Source: Clostridia bacterium
GTDB taxonomy: Bacteria > Bacillota > Clostridia > Oscillospirales > CAG-272
Direction: 5' to 3'
DNA length: 64,000 nt
Assembly: GCA_017938205.1 (NCBI GenBank)
Contig: JAGBCA010000001.1
Span: 7,257 to 71,256, forward strand
The notes under the pieces: model-generated
Database searches by the model: none
Seen by the model: the letters and a program-made list of their open reading frames with translations, nothing else
Told to the model about the DNA's origin: nothing
Shown here: in pieces, positions 55,299 to 63,759 of the stretch
Position numbering within the stretch: the first letter of the stretch is position 1
How the letters are laid out: every line of letters begins with the position of its first letter
Made by a program: the position numbers and the translations under genes

Positions 55299-55751
55299 TT
55301 AGAACGGGAAGTTAACGATGCCGAACTTCCAGAGAGCAACGGCTGCACCTGCAAGAACAACAAGGATGATAAGGATGATCAAAAGCGCGCGACGAATCTT
55401 GCGACCTCTCACGTACTTGCGAGCGCTCTTGAGGTAGCGGGAGATGGGGTCGTTCTTCTTCTTAAGAGAATCGCCGAACTTCTTCACCCACTGAACGTCA
55501 TTCTTTTCAAGCTCCTTGATGGTGCGAGCGGCATTGGGCTCGTTTTCGAAGCGCTGAGAAATGTGCTGATACGCAGAAAGCTTGCCGAGAACGTCCTCGC
55601 GATCGGGAGCGAAACGAGCAGACTCCAGGCGCTTTACGTATTCGTCAACACCGCCGACAGAAACGCCGAACTTTTCCTGGCACTGACTTTCCATCTGAGC
55701 ATATGCTTTGCTAAAGTTATTATTGATTTTCTTTTTTCCCATTTCTTTCAC
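55299..55751 (-). CDS. hypothetical tail-anchored membrane protein
   Basis: 150-aa ORF with a charged helical N-domain and one C-terminal TM segment, ALLIILIILVVLAGAAVALW. It has its own terminator. I recognise no family. Confidence 0.5.
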   Translation of the reverse strand: MKEMGKKKINNNFSKAYAQMESQCQEKFGVSVGGVDEYVKRLESARFAPDREDVLGKLSAYQHISQRFENEPNAARTIKELEKNDVQWVKKFGDSLKKKNDPISRYLKSARKYVRGRKIRRALLIILIILVVLAGAAVALWKFGIVNFPF

Positions 55752-56001
55752 CGCCTATAGCATTTGTATACATTATACACTATAAAAATGAGAATTGCAA
55801 TAGTTTTTTTGAAAAAAGTGAAAAAATATTATAAATTTTTTGAAAATAGGTTTTTTCGTGCGGACAGTCTTTCCGTGCGCATCAAATTTTGTATGCACGG
55901 GTCTTTGCGCATCATCCCCGCCTCCAAAAAAGTCTTGCCTTGCATCTCTGAAAAGGTTCAAAAAAGATTTGAGAAAGATACCGAAAAATCGGGAAAACGT
56001 C

Positions 56002-56030
56002 TTGACTTTCGCATAAAATGGTGGTACAAT
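56002..56030 (+). promoter_or_regulatory. putative sigma-A promoter of the antiporter gene
   Basis: TTGACT (56002-56007) is followed by a 17-nt spacer ending in TGG, then TACAAT (56025-56030). Confidence 0.5.
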
Positions 56031-56104
56031 ACGGAATTGTGCGTATAAAATATTATGAAAAAGAGGCCGCCGCGAATTGCGCCCGACCCCTTTGGGAGAG
56101 AAAT

Positions 56105-57394
56105 ATGGAGATCTTACTTAGTATCGCGATCGCACTTTTGTGCGGTCTTTTGATGACGCGCGTCATCAAGCCTCTCGGCCTTCCCGCCGTTACGGGCTAT
56201 CTCGTGGCAGGTATTCTGATCGGGCCGTACGTGCTCGGCAGACTCGGCATTGCCGGCCTCGGCTTTACCTCGATGGCTTATGTGGAGAGCTTCAAGGTGA
56301 TATCGGACGTGGCACTCGGCTTTATCGCCTTCTCGATCGGAAACGAGTTTCGCCTCTCGCAGATCAAATCCATCGGCAAGCAGGCATTGATCGTTGGTGT
56401 GATCCAGGCCGTGATGGCAACTGTTTTCGTAGACATCGCGCTCATCGCAATGAGCTTTATCCTCGGAAATGACGTTTTCCCGATCAGTGCCGCAATCACC
56501 CTCGGTGCAGTGGCAACCGCAACCGCCCCCGCCGCAACGCTGATGGTCGTTCGTCAGTATAAGGCGAAGGGACCGCTGACGAATCTTCTCTTGCCCGTTG
56601 TTGCGCTGGACGATGCGGTCGGTCTGATCGTATTCGCCGTTTCCTTCGGAATTGCCAAGGCAATGGACGTTGGTGCGCTGGATATTGTTTCTATCATAGT
56701 CAACCCCTTGATCGAGATCGTGTTCTCCATCATTCTCGGTGCCGTTCTCGGCTTTATCTTCTCCGAGGTGGAGAAGCATTTCCATTCCCGCTCCAAGCGT
56801 CTTTCGGTGTCCGTTACCTTCGTGATCCTCACCGTGGCACTTACGATGATCGAGATCGAGATCGGCAAGGTTGTGATCACCGCTTCCTCACTTCTCACCT
56901 GCATGATGCTCGGCACGGTGTTCTGCAACGTGTGCGAGTCCTCCGAGGAGCTGATGGACCGCGTGGACCGTTGGACAACACCTCTCTTCGTGCTTTTCTT
57001 CGTGATCAGCGGCGCAGAGCTGGAGTTTTCGATCTTCGCGCAGGGTGCAATGGTGCTCGTCGGCGTGGTTTACATTCTCTTCCGCTCGGCAGGCAAGATC
57101 GTCGGCGCAAGCTTATCCGCCAAGATCTCCGGCTGTAGCGATACGATCGTTAAGTACCTCGGCATCACGCTTCTGCCGCAGGCAGGCGTTGCGCTCGGTA
57201 TGTCCGTAATTGCTATGGAGCTTTCCGGCAACGCAGGCCTTGTTGTGCGTAATATCGTTTTGTTCTCCGTGCTGATCTACGAGCTTGTCGGCCCGTTGCT
57301 TACCAAGATGGCACTCACCCGTGCAGGCGAGATCATCCCCGAGCACAGAAAGTCCGCCAAGGTGATCAACCCCCACCGCTTGAAAAAACAGTAA
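56105..57394 (+). CDS. cation:proton antiporter (CPA2/Kef-like Na+/H+ exchanger family)
   Basis: The ORF spans 56018-57394. I trimmed the start to MEILLSIAIALLCGLLMTRVIKPLGLPAVTGYLVAGILIGP, the hallmark N-terminus. Confidence 0.85.
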   Translation: MEILLSIAIALLCGLLMTRVIKPLGLPAVTGYLVAGILIGPYVLGRLGIAGLGFTSMAYVESFKVISDVALGFIAFSIGNEFRLSQIKSIGKQALIVGVIQAVMATVFVDIALIAMSFILGNDVFPISAAITLGAVATATAPAATLMVVRQYKAKGPLTNLLLPVVALDDAVGLIVFAVSFGIAKAMDVGALDIVSIIVNPLIEIVFSIILGAVLGFIFSEVEKHFHSRSKRLSVSVTFVILTVALTMIEIEIGKVVITASSLLTCMMLGTVFCNVCESSEELMDRVDRWTTPLFVLFFVISGAELEFSIFAQGAMVLVGVVYILFRSAGKIVGASLSAKISGCSDTIVKYLGITLLPQAGVALGMSVIAMELSGNAGLVVRNIVLFSVLIYELVGPLLTKMALTRAGEIIPEHRKSAKVINPHRLKKQ

Positions 57395-57407
57395 AATCAA
57401 ATAATAG

Positions 57408-57452
57408 AAGAGGCTCTCGGATGCTTTGCCGCACCGTACGAGCCTCTTTTTT
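57408..57452. terminator. intrinsic terminator (convergent genes)
   Basis: The hairpin gaagaggctc-N23-gagcctcttt is followed by ttttt. Confidence 0.65.
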
Positions 57453-57456
57453 ACAA

Positions 57457-57657
57457 CTATGCGAAGCGCTTTTGTCCTTCAAAAATCCCGAGGATCGTCT
57501 CCGGGCATTCCGACAGAGCCTCCTCAAAGCGCAAGAGGTATTCCTCGGGTGTAACGCCCACGGATGCGGCGATCTCTGTCAGAGCGGCGCGCATTCTTTC
57601 ATCCTCCAAAAATGCAAGCCCCTCGGCCGTGAGGGAACGGTTTGCCTTGTTTCTCAT
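57457..57657 (-). CDS. hypothetical 66-aa acidic helical protein, translationally coupled to an AbrB-like gene
   Basis: ORF-track entry. Its ATG overlaps the TGA of the upstream AbrB-like ORF (ATGA). I recognise no family. Confidence 0.45.
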   Translation of the reverse strand: MRNKANRSLTAEGLAFLEDERMRAALTEIAASVGVTPEEYLLRFEEALSECPETILGIFEGQKRFA

Positions 57658-57812
57658 TTTTTCTCCTCCTTTGCCTTTTTCAGAATCAAAGCGCCGTTTT
57701 CTAACGTGATCTCAACGTCATCACCCGAAAAGAGCTCGAGCGCGTCTCTCATTTCTCTCGGAATCACGATGCGGCCGATCATATCCATTTTGCGAATTGT
57801 TTGGTTTTTCAT
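57654..57812 (-). CDS. AbrB/MazE/SpoVT-family swapped-hairpin DNA-binding protein (52 aa)
   Basis: My own translation, since it falls below the ORF-track cutoff: MKNQTIRKMDMIGRIVIPREMRDALELFSGDDVEITLENGALILKKAKEEKK. The G-R-I-V-IP-x-E-x-R...GD-x-VEI pattern is the family signature. Confidence 0.7.
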   Translation of the reverse strand: MKNQTIRKMDMIGRIVIPREMRDALELFSGDDVEITLENGALILKKAKEEKK

Positions 57813-57954
57813 TGTTTTTTCCTCTTTCTTTCGTACTTGTTGTTTGAATTTAGAACTGCAAGTACATTATAGCGCATTTCTCTTGTCGAAAAAGCGCGAA
57901 GCGTGTAGGAGAAAAAAGTTTTTTTGCTTTTTTTATAAAATTTTCTCATAATCC

Positions 57955-57995
57955 AATAAAAAAGGGAGAAAACCGAGGTATGTCGGCTTTCTCCC
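57955..57995 (-). terminator. intrinsic terminator of the XRE gene
   Basis: The hairpin gggagaaagccg-acatac-ctcggttttctccc (minus sense) is followed by tttttt. Confidence 0.7.
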
Positions 57996-58026
57996 TGAAT
58001 TTTTTCCTTCTAAAATGCACAAGTGT

Positions 58027-58350
58027 TCAATCCAGATATTCGATATAGGTGTCAATCAGAGCCTCCAGCGCAACTCTCTGCTTCGGCGTCAGCCGTTCGA
58101 GCTTTGAGCCGAGCTGCTTGTCACCGTACAAATTACGCGTGGAAACCGTATCTCGCAGAAGATAATCGGCAGATACGTCCAAAACCTCAACGAGCTTGAT
58201 GAATACCTGCATGCTCGGCGTTTTCAATCCGCGTTCGATCTGGCTCATATATTCCACGGTGATATCGACCTTTTCGGCCAATTGCTCTTGTGTAAGACCG
58301 CGATTTTTTCGGGTATCCTGAACTCTATCGCCCATAGTAAGCTTGTCCAT
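58027..58350 (-). CDS. XRE-family helix-turn-helix transcriptional regulator
   Basis: 107-aa ORF with the HTH region RKNRGLTQEQLAEKVDITVEYMSQIERG. Confidence 0.85.
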   Translation of the reverse strand: MDKLTMGDRVQDTRKNRGLTQEQLAEKVDITVEYMSQIERGLKTPSMQVFIKLVEVLDVSADYLLRDTVSTRNLYGDKQLGSKLERLTPKQRVALEALIDTYIEYLD

Positions 58351-58556
58351 CTTTTCATGCCCCGTTCTGTCAGTTTAAAATTCATACTACTATTATAATC
58401 TTTTGGGATGCAAAATAGAACAAACCTATAATTTCTAAATGAAGCTGAATGTACGACAAATGTGAGAGAGGAAAGACGCAAAAAGCGAGAAGCATAACCG
58501 CTCTTCCCATAGGGATCATATCATAAAATAGGGGTTTTCTTTCGTTTCGTATATGG

Positions 58557-58591
58557 ATAAAAAAATATGCGGTGGACGATTTGCCCACCGC
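58557..58591 (-). terminator. intrinsic terminator of the LRR lipoprotein gene
   Basis: In minus sense, the hairpin gcggtgg-gcaaatcgt-ccaccgc is followed by atattttttt. Confidence 0.7.
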
Positions 58592-58649
58592 AAAGTTTGT
58601 TATTCTTGCTCTATAAGTTGTTTGTATTGTTTTCTAACGATAAAACCAA

Positions 58650-60014
58650 TTAACCCAAGGTTACGCTTCCATCTGAACAAACTAAAACAACTTTCGTTCC
58701 AGGTGAAAGACGGCACCAATCTTTATGTTTTTCTAAAATAGACCAGTCGTTCATTGTTCCACTAATTTTTATCGTAGAAAGATCTGGGCAAGAGTAAATA
58801 GCACTGTTGTCTAGATATAGGTCTGTAGATTTAATTTCTATTTCAGTTAAAGATTCACAACTAGAGATAGCATACTCGCCAATCTTTTTTACCGTACTAG
58901 GAATTACTATCTTCTTAACACCACAATCATAAAATGCATAATCGCCTATACCAATAAGTCCTTCAGGTAAAATAATCGTTTTTAATGCAGAATGTTGATA
59001 GAATGCATTAGTGCGTATAAACTTGCAATTTTTATCCACCGTAACCGTATCCGCCCAAATATCAACACCCACAAGATAGAGATATGGATTCGTACTATTA
59101 CCTATATAGGTTGCGTTCTCTTTCGGTGCAGGCTGCAACGAGGGACAATTTTCAAAAAGTTGCCTTTCTATACTTTCTAAACTGTTTGGAAAGGTTATTG
59201 TATGTAAATACGGACAATCTTTAAACACGTTTTTTCCTAAAGATTTTACGCCTTCAGGTATTTCTATACTCGTGCCTGCGTATCCTTCAAACGTAGCCTG
59301 TTTAATTTCGGTTATAGCAGGATTTTCTTCCCATCTAATAATTACTTTACAGCCGTTAAACGCGCTAGAACCTATACTCGTAATTGACTTTGGTATAGTT
59401 ACTTCATACCATAAAGAACTAGAACAGCCGCTAAATGCCTCGCGTCCTATTTCTTCGAGGCTATTGCCAAAGTCAACACTCTGAACACCTAAACAGCCCT
59501 CAAAAGCATACCAACCTAAGGTTTTCACTCCGTTTCCAAGAGAAACTTCTTTTAAACCAGAACAATTAGCAAAAGCCAATTCCGCAATAGATCTAACGCT
59601 ATCAGGGATCTCAATTTTTTGCAAAGAAGTACATCCATTAAATGCTTCGCCTCGAATCTCTTCAATACTATTTGGAATATCTACTTCGGTTATAAACGTA
59701 CAATCTCTAAAACCTGAGCGGTCTATTACTTTCACAGGTTTATTATCATAAGTAGAAGGAATTACGATCTTAGTATCGGTACAAGTGCCAATACTTACTC
59801 CATAATAGGCGTCGTCACATAAATCATAACGTAAACCTTCACTCGGTTTCTTTTCGCCACAAAGTTCACATACGCCATCTAAATATTGGTGTTGACACCC
59901 TGAAGGTGTTTGTGTTTCATCTCCACCATCCCCAGTATCACCACAAGCAGTTAAGCCAATGCTTAAACATAAAAGCATGCACATTGACAATAACAAAGTT
60001 AATAATTTTTTCAT
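58650..60014 (-). CDS. BspA-like leucine-rich-repeat (LRR_5) surface lipoprotein
   Basis: The ORF spans 58650-60053. I trimmed the start to MKKLLTLLLSMCMLLCLSIGLTAC (lipobox). It has many repeats of the IP.SV..IG..AF..C..L type. The gene is AT-rich. Confidence 0.8.
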   Translation of the reverse strand: MKKLLTLLLSMCMLLCLSIGLTACGDTGDGGDETQTPSGCQHQYLDGVCELCGEKKPSEGLRYDLCDDAYYGVSIGTCTDTKIVIPSTYDNKPVKVIDRSGFRDCTFITEVDIPNSIEEIRGEAFNGCTSLQKIEIPDSVRSIAELAFANCSGLKEVSLGNGVKTLGWYAFEGCLGVQSVDFGNSLEEIGREAFSGCSSSLWYEVTIPKSITSIGSSAFNGCKVIIRWEENPAITEIKQATFEGYAGTSIEIPEGVKSLGKNVFKDCPYLHTITFPNSLESIERQLFENCPSLQPAPKENATYIGNSTNPYLYLVGVDIWADTVTVDKNCKFIRTNAFYQHSALKTIILPEGLIGIGDYAFYDCGVKKIVIPSTVKKIGEYAISSCESLTEIEIKSTDLYLDNSAIYSCPDLSTIKISGTMNDWSILEKHKDWCRLSPGTKVVLVCSDGSVTLG

Positions 60015-60348
60015 AATACCTCCTAAAAAGTTTTTTATATAACAAAAAATCACTTAACAGACGGGCGTAATACCCCGAATACTAAACGGTTTATCGTTCG
60101 ATGTGAAATTGCACGCGAAAAGAGAGCGTATTACGGCATAATTACGCCTGCCTGTCTAAACGATCATACCCGAAAACATAAACAGTCAACTCCTTTTCTC
60201 TACTTTTGCTAATTTATTTTACCATATTTTTGGGAAAATTGCAAGAAGATCTTGTCTGTTCTCAAAGCTTTATTTTTATAATCAATTCGTGTTATCAATA
60301 AAACTTAAGTAGTTCTGTTATAATTTAAATCCCTATGAGTGACGCACT

Positions 60349-60405
60349 TATGCCTCTCTCTTACTGCTATTGAAAAAAGTGTTTCGTTTGTGATTGCGCC
60401 CAAAG
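60349..60405. repeat. 57-nt direct repeat, copy 1
   Basis: The sequence is tatgcctctctcttactgctattgaaaaaagtgtttcgtttgtgattgcgcccaaag. It is about 90% identical to 60589-60646. Confidence 0.75.
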
Positions 60406-60588
60406 GGAGGATCTGCCCGCCGGGGCTCTTCGGGTTTGGAGCGAAAATCTTCGTTTGTGCGAACGTCGCCGTACATGGGTACGGCAGAGCGTGCAAACGG
60501 AGATAACAAACGAAACATATCAATAAAATGGAGAAAACCGCAGGTTTTCATCCTTAATTTTTTCACGCAACGCAAAAAGGGAGAAGCA

Positions 60589-60646
60589 TATGCCTCTCCC
60601 TTGCTGCTTTTGAAAAAAGTGTTTCGTTTGTGGTTGCGCCCAAAAG
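60589..60646. repeat. 57-nt direct repeat, copy 2, including a minus-strand terminator-like hairpin
   Basis: The sequence is tatgcctctcccttgctgcttttgaaaaaagtgtttcgtttgtggttgcgcccaaaag. In minus sense, the overlapping hairpin gggagaggcatatgcttctcccttttt is nearly identical to the copy-B terminator at 38161-38189. Confidence 0.75.
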
Positions 60647-60658
60647 CGATAGCCCCGG

Positions 60659-61144
60659 TTAGGTATCGGCGATAAGGAGAGCATAACTATGCTTATCCAG
60701 CTTGTTGCAATCCTCGATCACATATCTGTTATCGTTGGCATCTCGGACGCGCACAAAGCCCGAACGCATGACGTGGATATCGTGGTTACGGTTGCGGATA
60801 TCAAACGAGCAGATGCCGCGATCGGTCTCCACGGTCCAACGGAGCGTTCCGTACTTTTCCGCCTTGGAAATGATGCGCAGAATGCGCGGCACGAGGTAAT
60901 AATCCGAAAGGCTTGTCTCGATCACGGCTGCAGAGGCCTTATCGAGATCCGAAAGCGCGCGGATCACCATTATCTCGACGCCGCTCTCGTCAAGGAGCGT
61001 GATGTAGGCATCGGGGTTTGTGACGGGAAAAAGCCGTCTCGGCTCAAGCCCCTCGACGGTGCTGCCGTCTGCCATGGTGACCTTCACCAAATGATTTTCA
61101 TATTTTTCAACCTTGTCGGCCGAAGAAAGGTAAATACGGCTCAT
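60659..61144 (-). CDS. DUF1854-family protein
   Basis: The ORF spans 60659-61162. I set the start at MSRIYLSS. The motifs LEPRRLFPVT and LVPRILRIISKAEKYGTLRWTVETDRG fit DUF1854, which is normally found downstream of a specific ABC exporter. Confidence 0.65.
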   Translation of the reverse strand: MSRIYLSSADKVEKYENHLVKVTMADGSTVEGLEPRRLFPVTNPDAYITLLDESGVEIMVIRALSDLDKASAAVIETSLSDYYLVPRILRIISKAEKYGTLRWTVETDRGICSFDIRNRNHDIHVMRSGFVRVRDANDNRYVIEDCNKLDKHSYALLIADT

Positions 61145-61183
61145 ATTTCCTCCAAATTGCAAAGAATTGTTTACCGTTTTGTC

Positions 61184-63496
61184 TTAGAAGCGTTCCTCAC
61201 GGCGCATACGCTCGGCATCGGCGGTCATAGATTGGATCTGCACGAGCTTGTAATATTTTCCCTTGAGAGCCATCAGCTCCTCGGGCGTGCCGTTTTCTAT
61301 GATGTGGCCGTTATCCACCACAAGAATGCGGTTTGCGCGGCGCAGCGTGGAGAGTCGGTGTGCGATCATCAGAGTGGTCTTACCCTCAATGAGCTTATCG
61401 ATCGCATCCTGGATCAGGTGCTCGGTCTCGGAGTCTACGGCGGCGGTCGCCTCGTCAAAGATCAGCATGGAGGGGCGCATCAGCACGGCGCGCGCAATGG
61501 AAAGACGCTGCTTTTCGCCACCCGAAACGCCAACGCCGCGCTCGCCGAGCATGGTATCGTAGCCATCGGGCTGACGGCAGATGAAGCCGTGGGCATTCGC
61601 GGTGTCTGCCGCGGCCATCACGTCCTCCACCGTAGAGCCGGGAACGCTGTAGGCAATGTTGTTAAAGATCGTATCCGAGAACATCTGCGGCTCCTGCTGC
61701 ACGTAGCCGATCTGTGAGCGGTAGCCGGAAAGATTGAAGTTTTTGATATTATGACCGTCCACCAAGATCTCGCCGCTGTAGCCGTCGTAGAAGCGCATCA
61801 GGAGGTTAACGAGCGTGGACTTACCCGAGCCCGTTGTGCCGACGATGCCGACGACCTCACCCGGCTCGATCGTGAAGGTAACGTCATCGAGGACCTTCTT
61901 CGTGCGGTCAAAGGAGAAGGAAACGTGGTTGAACTCGATCTTTCCCTGCAGATGATCGGGGGTCACGCTGTTGGGAAGCTCTATCTCGGGCTCCGCCTCC
62001 AATATATCGAGGATCTTCTCCGTGGATGCCAGGGCACCCTGGAAGGAGTCCGAAAGGTTTGCAAAGAAGGTTACGGGGTTATAGAACATAGAGGCGTAGG
62101 AAATAAAGGAGACGATCAGACCTGCGCTGTAGCCGCCCACGCCGTCGATCACCTTGCCGCCGCCCACGCCCCAGATGATCAGGGAGCCGCAGGTCACGCA
62201 GAAGGAAATGATCTGCGGAAAGGCCGTTACGATCTTGCCGAGGTGAAGCTCCATATCCAGCCAATCCTTGTTTTTTTCCTCAAAGACTGCGGTGGAGCGC
62301 TGCTCGCCCGTGAAGGATTTGACCACCTTGATGCAAGGAATGGTGTCCGCCATGACGGAGGATACCTTCGTCCATCTGCGCCAGATACGGCGATAGAGCG
62401 GACGGATCTTTTTTGAGAAGAAACGGGATGCAAGCACGATAAAGGGGATCGGAAGCAAGGAAAGCAGGGTCAGCCCCGGATTCATGGAGATCATGATCAC
62501 CACGATACCAACGAGCTGGAACAGATGCACCACGGCCTCCTGCGTGATACGGAGCATAAACTGCTGGAGCGTCGAAGAGTCTCCCGAAATACGGTTGATG
62601 ACCGAGCCCGTGGAGGTCTTATCGTAAAACTTCATCGGCAGATACTGCGCCTTGCGATAAATATCGTTGCGCAGAGCGGCCACCGTTTTGTTACCCACGG
62701 TACGCATCAGATACGAGCGAATGATGCCGACGCCGTACTGCAGAACGTAGGTGCAAAGCAGAAGAATGATCATCGCAGTGAGCACCTTTTTCGGCTCACC
62801 CTTGAAGGCGTTTGCGATCATATTCAGAAGCGAGACGGAGCTCTCGCCGTCCGAGAACACAACGTCCACGATGAAGCCCGTGATGGCGGGTGGAACGAGC
62901 GCCATAAAGGTCGTGAAGAGCGAGAGAAAAATACAGAAGATCAAGGTTTTCGTGTGCGGAAGTATGTACCCCGAAAGCTGCTTGACGATCTTCTTCTTTG
63001 AGCGACACATGATGCACTCCGCGCCCGGATGCAGAAGCGGTCTGCCGCACTTGGGGCAAACGCTCAGCGCCTTCTCAAAGGCAACGCTCACGATCGCATA
63101 CTCCTCATTGAAGGGCTTTCCCTCCTTCAGATGCGAGATAAAGAGCGCGGCAGCATCGCAAAGCGGAGCAACGCCGTAGGTATAGCGAAAGAATATCTCA
63201 CGCTTGCCGCCCTTCATTTTTGCGGAGAGAGTTGCGTTTCCGTACATACGCTTGGCGCGCACGTCCTCCATGTCCTCGTAGAGGTACTCGCGCGGAGCGG
63301 AAAGGCTCTCGTCATAAAGCACCGCCTTCGTCGCAGTAAACAAAAGAGTGGTAGCACCGTACCGTCCGCCAAGGCTCATGTCGCCCACGATCGCGAACAA
63401 TGCGGTGTCTCCACTCTCCGAAAGCGACTTGACAATGGCTACGGCTCCCTCGGGGAGCTCCTTGTTTTTGAGTAGCATCTTCATCATCGTTTCCAT
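61184..63496 (-). CDS. ABC exporter (fused TMD-NBD) with an N-terminal ~160-aa extension containing a Cys4 zinc ribbon
   Basis: The ORF spans 61184-63538. I set the start at METMMKMLL. It has CPKCGRPLLHPGAECIMC, then 6 TM segments, then Walker A GTTGSGKST, the signature VSGGEKQR and Walker B LIFDEATAAVD. Confidence 0.85.
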   Translation of the reverse strand: METMMKMLLKNKELPEGAVAIVKSLSESGDTALFAIVGDMSLGGRYGATTLLFTATKAVLYDESLSAPREYLYEDMEDVRAKRMYGNATLSAKMKGGKREIFFRYTYGVAPLCDAAALFISHLKEGKPFNEEYAIVSVAFEKALSVCPKCGRPLLHPGAECIMCRSKKKIVKQLSGYILPHTKTLIFCIFLSLFTTFMALVPPAITGFIVDVVFSDGESSVSLLNMIANAFKGEPKKVLTAMIILLLCTYVLQYGVGIIRSYLMRTVGNKTVAALRNDIYRKAQYLPMKFYDKTSTGSVINRISGDSSTLQQFMLRITQEAVVHLFQLVGIVVIMISMNPGLTLLSLLPIPFIVLASRFFSKKIRPLYRRIWRRWTKVSSVMADTIPCIKVVKSFTGEQRSTAVFEEKNKDWLDMELHLGKIVTAFPQIISFCVTCGSLIIWGVGGGKVIDGVGGYSAGLIVSFISYASMFYNPVTFFANLSDSFQGALASTEKILDILEAEPEIELPNSVTPDHLQGKIEFNHVSFSFDRTKKVLDDVTFTIEPGEVVGIVGTTGSGKSTLVNLLMRFYDGYSGEILVDGHNIKNFNLSGYRSQIGYVQQEPQMFSDTIFNNIAYSVPGSTVEDVMAAADTANAHGFICRQPDGYDTMLGERGVGVSGGEKQRLSIARAVLMRPSMLIFDEATAAVDSETEHLIQDAIDKLIEGKTTLMIAHRLSTLRRANRILVVDNGHIIENGTPEELMALKGKYYKLVQIQSMTADAERMRREERF

Positions 63497-63699
63497 ACTA
63501 TCTTTCTCCTTGCCGATGGGCAATTTGAATTTGCACACCCTTGTGCCCTCTCAATATACCACAGCAGACAGGAAATTTCAACCCTTTTTCCGAAAAAAAA
63601 CAAACTTTTTTCCTCACCGCCAAAGCCCTTTGGAAATATCAAACGAAAGCCTTGTGAAAAGTGACGAAGCCATCACGGCGTTTTGACGAACCAAAAACA

Positions 63700-63741
63700 A
63701 AAAGAGAGAACAAATCGTTGCCGAAATTCTCTCTCTTTTTC
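63700..63741. terminator. bidirectional terminator-like hairpin
   Basis: The hairpin agagagaa-N15-ttctctct is flanked by aaaaa and ttttt. Confidence 0.55.
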
Positions 63742-63759
63742 TGTTGTTTCAAGTTTAGA

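Noticed and set aside
58382-58588. A 68-aa hydrophobic minus-strand ORF upstream of the XRE gene, considered as a small membrane toxin.
   Set aside because: Its start codon lies inside the LRR-gene terminator hairpin. There is no RBS, and the AT-rich intergenic composition readily yields Phe/Ile/Leu-rich ORFs by chance.
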